A stretch of 64,000 nucleotides of DNA. Origin: Haliotis cracherodii. Its lineage: Eukaryota. Below are positions 13,701 to 26,400 of the stretch, piece after piece. The notes beneath the pieces are model-generated. The model worked only from the letters and a program-made list of their open reading frames with translations. It was not told the DNA's origin and searched no databases. The translations under genes were made by a program, and so were the position numbers. Location of the stretch: assembly GCF_022045235.1 (NCBI RefSeq), contig NW_027266273.1, forward strand, positions 434,001 to 498,000, written 5' to 3'. The first letter of the stretch is position 1. Every line of letters begins with the position of its first letter.

Positions 13701-16700
13701 AGATGTGAAGCATGATTTTTCATTTATGTATATATCACATTGTGTGTGAGGAAACATATTACATTAATATTTCCATTTGCAAATAATAAGAAGAGAAATA
13801 AAAACTGACAATCATTTATTTGGGAGCTTGTAATAAAAACACACGAATGATACACAAGGGTTGATTGTTAAATCTCATATAGAAGGAATTGTGGAATAGT
13901 AAAATCTCTTGCTGTGGACATTACATGATGTTGTGGACAATTTGAGCAAATTGTTAGGCTGTGAACGTCAGCAAAGAGAGCTCCTTGTCACAGTGTAACA
14001 ATTCCTCAATTGACTCAAGAGAACACAACAAAAGATTTCACTTTTATGCAATTCCTTCCATATGAGGCTTAGAACTGATCAATCAACCCTTATAATTGAT
14101 ATCTTTAGAAAATCTACTTTCTAGATGACCAAATACATCTTGATGACTCACCTGTGACTGAAAGTTGACATGGGAATTCTGTTCATCCGCATGATCACAA
14201 CACTAAGCCTCAATAAATACTACTTATAATGGCTGATATCCTAACTTGCTTTAACATTGAGATGCATTAATCTATCAGAAGTAACTGCAATTTGATCCTA
14301 TAAACAAGACAGGTTGTACACAAAACAGGATATATATTTGAATTAATACACAACAGTTTACATTGGTTAGGATACACTCAGACGAGTATATATTCTGAGA
14401 AATTGTACACAAAACAGGGCATATATATTTGAATTAATACACAACAGTTTGCACTGGTTAGGATACACCCAGAAGAGTATATATTCTGAGAAGTTGTACA
14501 CAAAACAGTATATATATTTGAATTAATAAACAACAGTTTGCTCTGGTTGGAATACACCCAGAAGAGTATATATTCTGAGGAACAATTAAGTTTTTGATGT
14601 TCTGACAAACACAGGTTAAATAATGACAGACAGTATGTGCAGAATAACTGAAATAGAAGAAGTGCAAAGGTTAGATATTAATGAGAAACACATTTTGGGC
14701 AATGTTACATCACCGTGGACAAAGTATTTCAGGGGATGAAAAAAGTGGAATTGTTGAACAAAATGTGAACTCCAAAACCCAAAGATAGTTGTGCAAAGTA
14801 TGTGCATATAAGACATTTTAGGAAACAAAATGAAAGCAATTTATAACATAGGTACATGAGGCAAATTAGGAAACAAAAGGAAAGCAACTGATAATGTAGC
14901 TGTATTAGACAAGTTAGGAAACAAAGTGAAAGTAATCTATAATTTAGGTCTATAAGACAAGTAAGGAAACAAAAGGAAAGCAACTTATAATGTCGGTGTA
15001 TTAGACAAGTTAGGAAACAAAATGAAAGTAATCTATAATTAAGGTCTACAAGACAATAAGGAAACAAAAGGAAAGCAATTCATAATGTAAGTGTATTTGA
15101 CAAGTTAGGAAACAAAAGGAAAGCGAAAGATAAATAAGGAATTAAATTGGGAATCATTAAGACTAACTAATAATGGAATCTTAAAAAAATGTCATAGATT
15201 TGGGAGGAAACATAGAGCTAAATTGGGTCTATAACCTGCCACGAATCATCATTATAAGTATGCATGACATACATGGCTGAATGGAACAAAATGAAATTTG
15301 GATACAGAAATATGGCATCAGGACATTATCATGAATTTAACTTACATTACCAAATGTAGCCTTAGGGCATTTTGGATGACATACAGTCAATGTCCCAGAA
15401 AATGAACCAATCTGATTCCCTGAGAAAAATATCTTTTTTAAGAATTTTCTTCAAAATATCATGTTTCTTTTGCTGTCTGTATCTTGAAATTGGTTTCTTT
15501 ATGTAAGCAATCATTTATGCTATTGATGTTACCATACATGTCTCAAGTTGTACATTTAGCTGCCTATACACCACATTCTGTAAACATATTTTCTACCATA
15601 TAAATATCTTTTTGAACGTGGACAAAGTTGCTCTAGACAAAGTGAAATAGAGAAAAATAACTCAGAGAATTTACAGTTGACGTACTGAAGTGGAACATAT
15701 TTACACATATAGTACCATTTAATCTTAGACCATGATTAAGAAGAAAGAGAATCACAAATACATCAGACAAATCTTGGAGAAATGGACAGTCACACTGAAC
15801 ATATAGATACAGTATATTGGTACATGTACAACGCTACAGTCATAAGATACAACTATGCAACCACCAACCATGACAGTGTTTAGACAGCGGTAGTGGTCGC
15901 TCTCAGACAATGACAGGATGACAGAGGAAACGCCAACACATGTACACACAGCTAAAATACATTAACAAGATTAACATAGAAGCAGTACACAAATACACAT
16001 CAGGCATTACTATTAACATACTATATATATAAATGAAAGCAAAAGGTTTAAAACTTATTTGAAATTATCATGAAAGTATATAAATCTGTTCATGTGCAGT
16101 TTGATATAAAAGCTGATGTTACAAAGTTACAAATAACTGTAATGGTCATTAATCAGTTTATTGCCTTTTTAATTAACAGTTGAAACTTTTGGAAAATGAA
16201 TTTTAACTCAAAGCTTACTTACTTGGACGCTTCTTGGGAGGTGGAGTCACTGGAATAGGAACTGAAAGTAAAGCAAACAGTTTTGGTCTTGAGCTGGCAT
16301 GAACTACAGAATAGTGAGCAAGTTGGGGATTGCCATTGTTGTCTCATTAAACAACATTCTGAGAGTTTGGATTGTGCGAATGTTTTTTAATGCTGCAGTT
16401 CATAATATTCAAACTCTACCATGGCAGCTAATATCTAAGAGAGTCTGGACCAGGCAAACCCATTACTGAAAGTAATGTAGGGAGAATAAACAACTCGGGG
16501 CTGTGCCCCTCATGATTTATTCTCCCTGCAGTGTTTTATTGTATGATAAACATCTTCGACTCGTTGTTTAGTTCTTAAATAAAATCAATTATAAGACAAT
16601 ACAGGATGGAATATATTAGAAGTAAAATATGTCCAGGCATCATCTGTTGTCAAATAGACAATGGTTAACATAAAATGTAAAAATAAATAACAAAAAATAA

Positions 16701-19700
16701 ATGCATTTAGACATATCTACAAGGAATGATTGTGGGGTTAAATTTGCATTTATGTTGTGATAAAAATATCTGATAATATTGTCAGAGTAAAAATACCCCA
16801 TAAAATCAGATGTGAGAGGAAATGTTGATATAAAGTAACATTTAAATCATATGTTTTATTCTGAAACATTATTTATTCTTCAATTATTAATAAAGGCACA
16901 GCTGTATAATAATTATTAATCTGTGGTAAAGGCCTGCCAAAGATGTTGTGTGCTGCAAATGTAGGCATACCTCCAATTTTATCACATTGAAGTCCATGTT
17001 AGTATGAAAACTATTTGTTCGATTTGCATGCTGCAGTTTTTGAGAACTTGTGGGAAATAACACAAAGGCTGATAAATAGAATGAGTTTGCATTATTTCAC
17101 CGATGTGATGACACAATATCTCGCTGTTTTCTGATGTTGGCAATATACCGTTTTTATGGCGATTTTACTGCTATCTTGAATCCTGTCAATTCATGTTTTA
17201 GTTGAAGACAGAACAAATGTTGATATTCTAAACTAATAATCACTACAAATTATGTGAAATATATTCAGTAGTAAACGTAAACTTTTAGCTTGGCTCCATC
17301 TCTCCTTGTCACTAGTTGTCGCAGGGCAAATAGATCCGGGAACCAGACCAGAAGCGACAGGTTGGACCGTCGCTTTTATCATTTCAAAAGTAGAGTTATT
17401 GCTCTTTGGAACAAAAAGATCACCCATTGTTATACCGTTGGAGCACTTGACATTGCACCCTTGTGATCTAACTATATGCATAACAATTCTGGGCCTGACC
17501 AACATGTAATGGACAACAGATAATGCCTTGACATATTTTGTAGTCAAATTTCAGAAAGATGCAGAAATGGCTCAGTAATGGGTTAATATGTCTGTCATTG
17601 GAGACATGTCTAAAATTGGATTAGGACCCTGTAGGCAAACTCAGGAGACACAGGTGCTGGAATCATTCGTGCTAAGTTTCATAGGCCTTGAAGTTTCTCA
17701 GAAAATGTGGACATGGAAAACGTGCAATGACAAAAGCTCACTTGACTGTTAGTCAGGTGAGCTAAAAATAAAGCTTGTCTCTTTTATTATGTCATGTAAA
17801 AAATAGACTCAGTCTTTGACCTATCGTATTTCGAGATGTCATTTCTTTACGGGACATCAAATTTCCATCTCCAAATTTTGAAAATTATGAATCCAAGTTT
17901 CCAAGTAATAAATCATCTTCTTGAGAACACATTTTGTTTGACTATCTGTTATAATAATAAAAATACACATTTCTAAAGAAGCAATTCAACTAAAGAAAGA
18001 TTGAATCCCTATTCATATGTTAGGCTTGATACTGTTTCCTGTCATGTGGTGTCAAACATGTGATATCAAAGCATTTCATATTGATAAAAAGATAATAATG
18101 GTAGATGGAAAAATCTTACTTGGACACCCCTTCCTTAGAGAGTTGAAGACTTGATCTCTCATATTCTTCAGCTCACTGAACTCCTGAACAGTGAATCTGT
18201 TCTCTTCAACAGGTGGGGAGGCAATTCCATCAATTTCCTTGGTGTCTGTCAGACCAATACCAATAACATACATATGGATATTGTCATCTCTGGCTTTCAC
18301 AGCCTCTGGAATTGTCCTTCTGGCATTGATATTCGACACACCATCAGTGATTAGGATACAGTAATTTTTCACGTCAGGTCGGTCTCCTACTGCTGCCAAG
18401 AACATTTGGGTTCTCATAATGTTCAGTCCACCGTAGGTATTGGTACTTCCGTATTCATAAGGTATGTTGTCAATGGCCTTGTAAAGCGCTCCTTTCTGAC
18501 CTATGTACTGATTCATCTGGAACTGGATGGAGACCTTCGTACTGTAGATGACCACACCAACCCTGACCTTATCATCATCAATGTTAGCAGGGATAAGGAA
18601 GAATTTCAAGAAATCCAGCATGAGTTTGAAGTTCTTTTCTGTTACACTGGTTGATGCATCCAGTACAAAGACAAGGTCCATCTTAGTGTCTGTACAATCT
18701 GCAACAAGAGGAAAACATTTTCCCTGTACTGAAGAGTGTACAAGGATATATTGTTTCAAGAGACTGTTAGTCTAAAAATATTTCCTTGAAAATGACTCTT
18801 ACTTGGAACTGTTTTTGTGATCAATAACAGCTTGAACTATTGCAAAAAACAAACAGCTAACAACCACATATTTTATTTAGCGGCGGTGCGGTGGTCAATA
18901 TTTTGAACAAAAATTATGAAATAATAGTCATAAATATTTTTGCAATATGGCTGCCATGGTAAAAAAGTCTTAAACAAACCTGGTACTCTGAAGGTAACCA
19001 TCTCACCTACCAAGTTTCAAACCTCTGACCCTTCAAGCTTTTTAGAAGAAGACATTGGAATTTTTCTTGTGTTTAATCAAAGATACCTGGCACCTATATT
19101 GAAATTTTCAATTTTGATACCTTGAAAAACTTGAACCCTGTAACAACATGAAGCTGAAACCATGAAGACATTTCAGAGAAGTCAGAAATGTATGGCTGGT
19201 TGTGGCAGACAACTTTCAATGACATAAGCTCACATGGCTTTTAGGCCAGGTGAGTTACTACTGAAATGTCAAGTCTTAATCAAATCATATTTTAACCAAT
19301 GAAGATTATTATCCAATCTAACTGCTTCCTAAAATTGTCACTTATAATTAGTTTGCTGAAATGTTCATACCTTTCCTTTCACCTCCTGGGAGTGGAATCA
19401 TTATGGCTGAAAAGACAACTCATACAATAACATCACAAAGGAAAGCACAATGTTGAAGCATCAGGAGCAGCCTGATTAAAGCCAAGCAGAGCAATGCAGA
19501 GCAATGCAGAACAAGCAAAGGAGCATAAGCAATGCTTGCATTTGGGAGAATTTACCTGGTTTATGAATTGGGACAAATATCTTAAAGAGATACATTTCAA
19601 AATATGTTAGGACTACCTGACATAGGAAATTCAAATGTACTTAGTTCTGAAACATCATGATTATTCAAATACCAATTTGTATTCATGAAGCCAGTCTGTT

Positions 19701-22700
19701 AGGCAAAAGGTGTTAGTATTAATTTTGAAACAAGACTAAACAGCAAATGATTACCATTGGTAGGAACTTAATAGTTCAATACCAGTGATATGATCATGTC
19801 AGTATATGTGTTATGTCAAAGTTAGACGTCGCAGCTGATGAAGGAGGAGCTGGATGAAGGTGTATATCAAGATGTACATAGGCTTCCTCTGAAGGATCTG
19901 CAACAACAAAACCAAATGTAAGAACTTGTCCAATGCATGACAGAAACATACTCAGCAAAGATGTCAGGTAATGGTAGTTATCTCGTACTGTAAAGGAGAT
20001 AGCGCCATGAACAACATGATACCAATACATCTTCACTATGCTGAGTGTGTGACTGTCATGCTTACACATGCCAACGGAACATTTGAACATTCGGAACACT
20101 ACCCTGGAAGAGAAATTCATATTAAAGCAATTATGTACGTATGGTGTTGTGTTGTTTGGAATCAGTTTTTTGTATCAAAACTTACCCCTATCTGAAATGG
20201 AGGATGGTGTAACATGTCTGTGGATGATGATGTGGTGAAATTGAATGTGAGTAACGAAAGACAGTACCCATCACCATAGTGACACAGGGTTATGGCCCAC
20301 AGTTTTCACAAAATCTGACACAGAACAAATACAAGATCCCATTGAGGATACAGACACAACACACAAGCAAACCTGTGCAGAAGGAACTGAACACTCGTTG
20401 CTGTAGATTATTAAGTTGAGAGAAATCCTCCACAATGAATCGATGCTCTTCCAAAGGCGGGCTTGCCATTCCATTGAGCTCTCTTGTATCTGCAAGCCCA
20501 ATTCCAATAGCAAACAGTTCAATTCCTTCTAATTGTGCATCCTGAGCTTCAGGGACAGTTCTCCTGGCATTAATATTGGACACACCATCTGTCAGAATAA
20601 TGGCAATGTTGTGAACATCTTGCCGGTCACCACTTTGTTGAGTAAATATCTCAGTCCTCAGAGATTTGATTCCATCAGCAGTGTTGGTACTACCATATCT
20701 GTAGGGAATATTGTCTATGGCTGTAAGAACCTCTGTCTTAGAGGTGTAGTCATGCAGGAGGAACTCCACATGGACTGAAGTACTGTACAACACTACACCC
20801 ACCCTAACATTGCCATTATCAATGTCAGCTTGAGCTAAGAAGTTCTTGACAAAGTTCAGAACAAGCACAAAGTTTGGTTCCGTGACGCTGGTAGATGCAT
20901 CAATGAGGAACGCTAGATCCAGGCGAGTGCTGCTGCATTCTGAAAGAAGAAATAGTATATCAATAATTTGAACACAATAGGGTAAACATTTTCATTCTAA
21001 ATTTTAGCGTTACTAGAAATGAGGTACAGGTATAGATGGTGAAACAATTCCTGAGGAAACCTTTGTTAAGGCTCCTCCCAGGTTCTCTCTCCAAACCTCC
21101 ACCATCTTGATAAAGATGTTGATGTTAAAAAGTCAATTGTTTGGTTATTCATTCACTGCATCTTGTCCTGGTAGATTATTCTGTGTTCTTATTATCAAGC
21201 ACAAAAAAAGGTTTATTTGCTGAGGAGCACCAGCAAAATGTTAAAGATGTCTGTTTATATGCAGGGTTACCTACATCACTGCCTGAAACATGTTTACTAG
21301 AAGATACTGACTGCAAATATAGATAGATTGACACACCCTTAGATGTTGTTGCTGGAGGTGGCAGTGTTGTGGTAGGGACTGAAAAAAAGAGAACACAAAA
21401 TAAATAAACTACAGTGAACACATATGTTTGATCCTCTCCAAAGGACTACGGAATCAACAAGAAAAGATGATTGGACAGTCCAGTGATTATGGAAATGTTT
21501 TCCCCCGTATATATAATCAAGTGTGAAAATGTGAAAACAATTGTTGTCCTCTGACATGATATTGCTGAAATAACTGCCTCCTTGGTGTAGTAGATAGAGT
21601 ATCTGCCTAGAGAGCTCATAGTCAGTGGTATGAATCTCTGGCTGTGTTATAATAAAAGGTGTAAAAGGAGAAAGAACAAGAAATGGTAGGTCTCAAAGTC
21701 AGTATATAATGTGCGAGTCAGGTATCTATATATGTTAAAGTGCAGCATTGTATCTCAGTATGCTGTCAATAAAAAGCACCTGTTCCTGGAATATTGCTAA
21801 AAGTAGTGTACAATCTCACCATCTCACTCAAAAACAAGTCAAAGCAGTTGTCTATAATAGTTGTTTCACATTCATTCAATCTTATTTATAAAGTACAACT
21901 TTTCAAAACAGGCATTATTTTATTTTTAAGGACATTTTGTTCACTCAAATCTACAGTTAACATTATTCCACAATTAAAGCAAGATAGGTAAATTTCCTTA
22001 ATGAGTGAGTGAACTCTGGGTTGAACTTATATCAGTTATATCATGTAATGCCAACTTCATTCTATTTTGTAAACACAACTTCTAGGCATTTATATCCCAT
22101 GAAACCCATGATGCTGACAAAGCCCAAACATTTGGTACAAATCCAGGATCTAAACCAGCATGCAGCAGATTCTTGCATGGCTAACAGATGCAACTCTGCA
22201 CACAAAATTGCAGCATCTTAGATTTCCTCCATGAAATAAGTAACAAAATGAAATATCAAAAATGAAACAGAACTCACTTGGGCAGAAAGATGAAAAGACC
22301 TTGTCCCTGAGTTGCCTGAGTTCACTGAAGTCTTGAGCTGTGAATCTGTTTTCATCCAGAGGCTTGCTGGCTATCTGATCCAACTCAGTTGTATCCGCCA
22401 AGCCTATTCCTATGGCATATATGTGGATGCCAGCATTACGAGCTTTCAGAGCCTCAGGGATAAGCCTTCTTGAGTTTATATTGGAAACACCATCAGTGAT
22501 GATAATGGCAATATTTCTTACACCTGGCCTGTCACCTCTTTCTGGGAGAAACATCTTTGTCCTCATTGTGTTAACTGCACCATAGGTATTAGTGCTTCCA
22601 TATTCATAGGGAATATTATCTATTGCCACATATACATCTCTTTTACTATTGTACTCATTCAGATGGAACTGGATGAAGACTTTTGTACTGTAGATAACCA

Positions 22701-23415
22701 CACCAACTCGAACATTACCAGCATCAATGTTGGCCACAAACAAGAAGTCTTTCAAGAAATTCAGCATCAGCTTAAAGTTCGGTTCGGTCACACTGGTGGA
22801 AGCATCCAGAACGAATATCAAATCTAGCATAGCATCTGCACAATCTGGAATACGAAAAAAATCTGTGAAAGAACTGTACGATATCTCTAAAGCATGTTTC
22901 AGACACATAAAATCAGAATCTTGGCAAATCTGTGATTTGAACCCAAGATCACAGGCTCTTGGCAAGCCCAAGTGACTAACCTGTTCCAGCACCTAAGACA
23001 ACTTGGCTACCCATGTCAACACACTGAACTGAGTAGAGTAATTACCAATCAGTTTCAAAACTGAATGATAAAATATGATAAAGTTTCTTGCTTCTTTTCA
23101 TAAAAATCATCAGTAGATGAAAAGAGGAAGCAGATGCAGGTCTTAGTAAAACCCAGGGAATGGGTATGATGCTGCCAAACCAATGACATCATAATCATGG
23201 CAAATCTGTGATTTGAACCCAAGATCATAGGTCCTTGGCAAGCCCAAGGGACCAACCTGTTGCAGCACATAAGACAACTGGGCTACCCTTGTCAACACAC
23301 TGCATTGAGTAGAGTAATTGCCAATCAGTTTCAAAACTGTATGAACAATCTGTCAGGAATTACAATGAAAAGAGACAAAGATACAATACATTTCTATTTC
23401 TAATAGCACGCTCTC

Positions 23416-23448
<33 letters not shown>

Positions 23449-26400
23449 TACTTAGTCTCAAACGAGTAGCATTTGTTTTATGCCAGCACTCTTCAGCTAA
23501 TAAATCTTACCATCTAATATTGGTGGAAGTGTTGGCAGAGGCTTTGCTGGTACTGGGCAGAATGAGGAGAAGACTTTGTCTCTAAGGACAATCAATTCCC
23601 TAAAATCTTGAACAGTGAAGCGGTTTTCCTCAATAGGTTTACTTGCAATGCCATCAATCTCCCTTGTGTCTGAAATTCCAATGCCAATAGCATAGATATG
23701 GATGCCCTTTCTTCTAGCCTTCTTAGCCTCAGGAACTGTTTTTCTGGCATTGATATTGGACACACCATCAGTGATCACAATGGCAACATTTTTTACTTTG
23801 GAACGGTCTCCTGTTGCACGAGTGAACATCTTCGTCCTCATTGCCTTCAATCCTCCAAAAGTGTTTGTGCTGCCATATTCATAGGGAATAGCATCAATGG
23901 CACTGAAAACATCTGTCTTGGTGGAATACTCATTCAGGTGGAACTGAATATATACCTTGGTACTGTAGATGACAACGCCAACTCGAACATTACCATCATC
24001 AATGTTGGCCACAAAAAGAAAGTTCTTCAAGAAATCCAGCATGAGTTTGAAATTGGGCTCTGTGACACTTGTGGATGCATCCAGAACGAATACTAGATCA
24101 AGCTTGGCATCAGCACAGTCTGAAACAGAATAACATCAACAAGGGAATTACTCATCTTGTCTTAGTATCTAGTGTGTGTGGCTGCTTGTACTAGTTTGGA
24201 CTAATGCTGATTTGATAGAGCAAGCCCACTGAGATACCATGATGCTGTTTAACATGAATACCTCACTCCGAACCAACCAGTCCTTGTTTTAACCCAATAA
24301 TGTCAAGCACCAAGCTGGGTAACAACAAGTACAATCTTTTAATGTCTTTTGGTATGACGTGGCCGGAGATCGAACCCCAAACCTTCTACTCTCTGGGCGG
24401 ACGCTCTTCCACTAGACCACAGATGCAGTCCACAGAAAGATGAAAATAGCATGATCATCATGAACAATATCTACAAATATTTATATTTGGCAGATGAATA
24501 GTCAGTCTATTAATCTTTAAACAAACTTTGGATCATTTTTCTTTTAGTTTCATATATTCTAGTTTATTTAATAATACAAAAGTAACAAAAGATATATTTC
24601 TTGGGTATTGGTAATAAAACCTGTTAACCATGCTTTTTTGACTTACAATAAAATGGTGTGTGCTTATTTCCTGTATTTTACACTTACATCTATTCATGGT
24701 CACTTTAGCTTTATGATATGCTGTAGAAAATTGGTGTTATAGTCGCTTACAAAGCTCAAACCTTCTCCCATTCATTTGGAAAGACACAAACCTGAGAAAC
24801 AGTTTATTATTGGTATGTAGCTTATTTCTGAGAATAATTTCCTTTTGATGTTGTTACTTATCTGCTCAAAAGGTTCAGCTCTGAATGTTATCCTGGGAAA
24901 CCCATTGCTCTGAAATGTGTACACATTATAACAAGTTGGGCACAGGACAGTTATGATACATTCTTTTGCACTGAAATTTGCAGATAATCAAACCTATTTA
25001 GTGAAAATTACTTGAGGCCCAATGTCACCAAATACACTTCTATTATCCAACCATCCTTTGATGCACGCACTTAGCCTTATGATAAGAGTATGGCAATCTG
25101 CACTGCACCAACACAGTGGTATTGTGTTACAGTCCTTGTGAGTGATTGTATCTTACCATCAAGTTTAGCTGGTATTGTTGGTAAGGGTGTTGTTGTTGTG
25201 GTGGTGGTTGGAGCTGTTGTTGAATGAACTTGAAAAATAAACAAGGTTCTGATTAAAGTTCATTCAAAGTGCAGGAAGATAATGAAGTTCATGTAAAAGT
25301 ATATCTCTTTTATTAAGCACAAAGCAATGGCTAAATACAAGTTTACAACATTAAAATACATTCAATTGTCACATCATATGAAATAAATAAAATATAATAT
25401 TACAGGCTTGAGTTCAGTACAGCTGAACACTCATCCCTGGAGTTAAATAGAAATACTGTGCTGTGTTTTTCTGTATACAACACAGGAATGAATTAACCAA
25501 TAAACATACAAACAGTATTGCAGATTTGAGAGCAGCATACCTGAACAAAAGGAAGAAAACACTTCATCTCGCAGACCAACAAGTTCATCAAAGTCCTGAA
25601 CAGCAAATCGATTCTTCTCAATGGGTCTGCTTGCTATCCCATCCAACTCTGTTGTATCAGCCAAACCAATGCCAATGGCATATATATGGATTCCTTGCTC
25701 CCGCACCCTTTCAGCTTCAGGAATTGTTCTCCTAGAATTTATGTTTGAAACACCATCAGTGATGACAATGGCAACATTGTCAACATCTGGTCGGTCTCCT
25801 GTCCTTGGAGTGAACATCTGAGTCCTCATAGTGTTCAGTCCTCCATAGGTATTTGTACTTCCATACTGATAAGGTATTTGGTCTATGGCTACATAAACCT
25901 GGCGCTTGGATGTGTACTGACTCATTTGGAACTGGATGCTAACTTTGGTGCTGTAGATCACTACACCAACACGAACATTGCCATCATCAATGTTGGCTAC
26001 ATACAGAAAGTGTTTAAGGAAATCTTTCATGAGAATGAAATTCTTCTCTGTGACACTGGTGGAGGTGTCCAGAACAAAGACAAGATCCAGTTTGGCATAG
26101 GAACAGTCTGAAGAAACAAGACAATATCAAACTTGATGAATTAACAACTAATCGGGGTTCAAATAGTTTTAAATGAAGCTAAAAGAAGCCCATGGACAGA
26201 TATCATTCATATGATTACAACATGATGCCAAAACCTTTCAAGGATTTCTGAATGCAAAACAAACATTACAAAAAACAGAACCTTTGTAAAAAAATATACA
26301 TGCAATTTCTAGTATAAGTTAAATTGAACTATAAACCATGTAACTTACCTTGAACTTTTGGTGGTAATGTACGTGGAACTGGAGTAGTGACAACTGGACA

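Noticed and set aside
14729-15067. Cys/Leu-rich repetitive ORF
   Set aside because: Translation of the 48-bp intronic minisatellite.
14314-15125. CRISPR-like array
   Set aside because: Eukaryotic intron; the units are contiguous tandem repeats without unique spacers, and no cas genes are present.
16459-17582. piggyBac-like element with cccattactga/tcagtaatggg ends
   Set aside because: TTAA is present only on the right, and the left match lies within a fragment of another repeat family.
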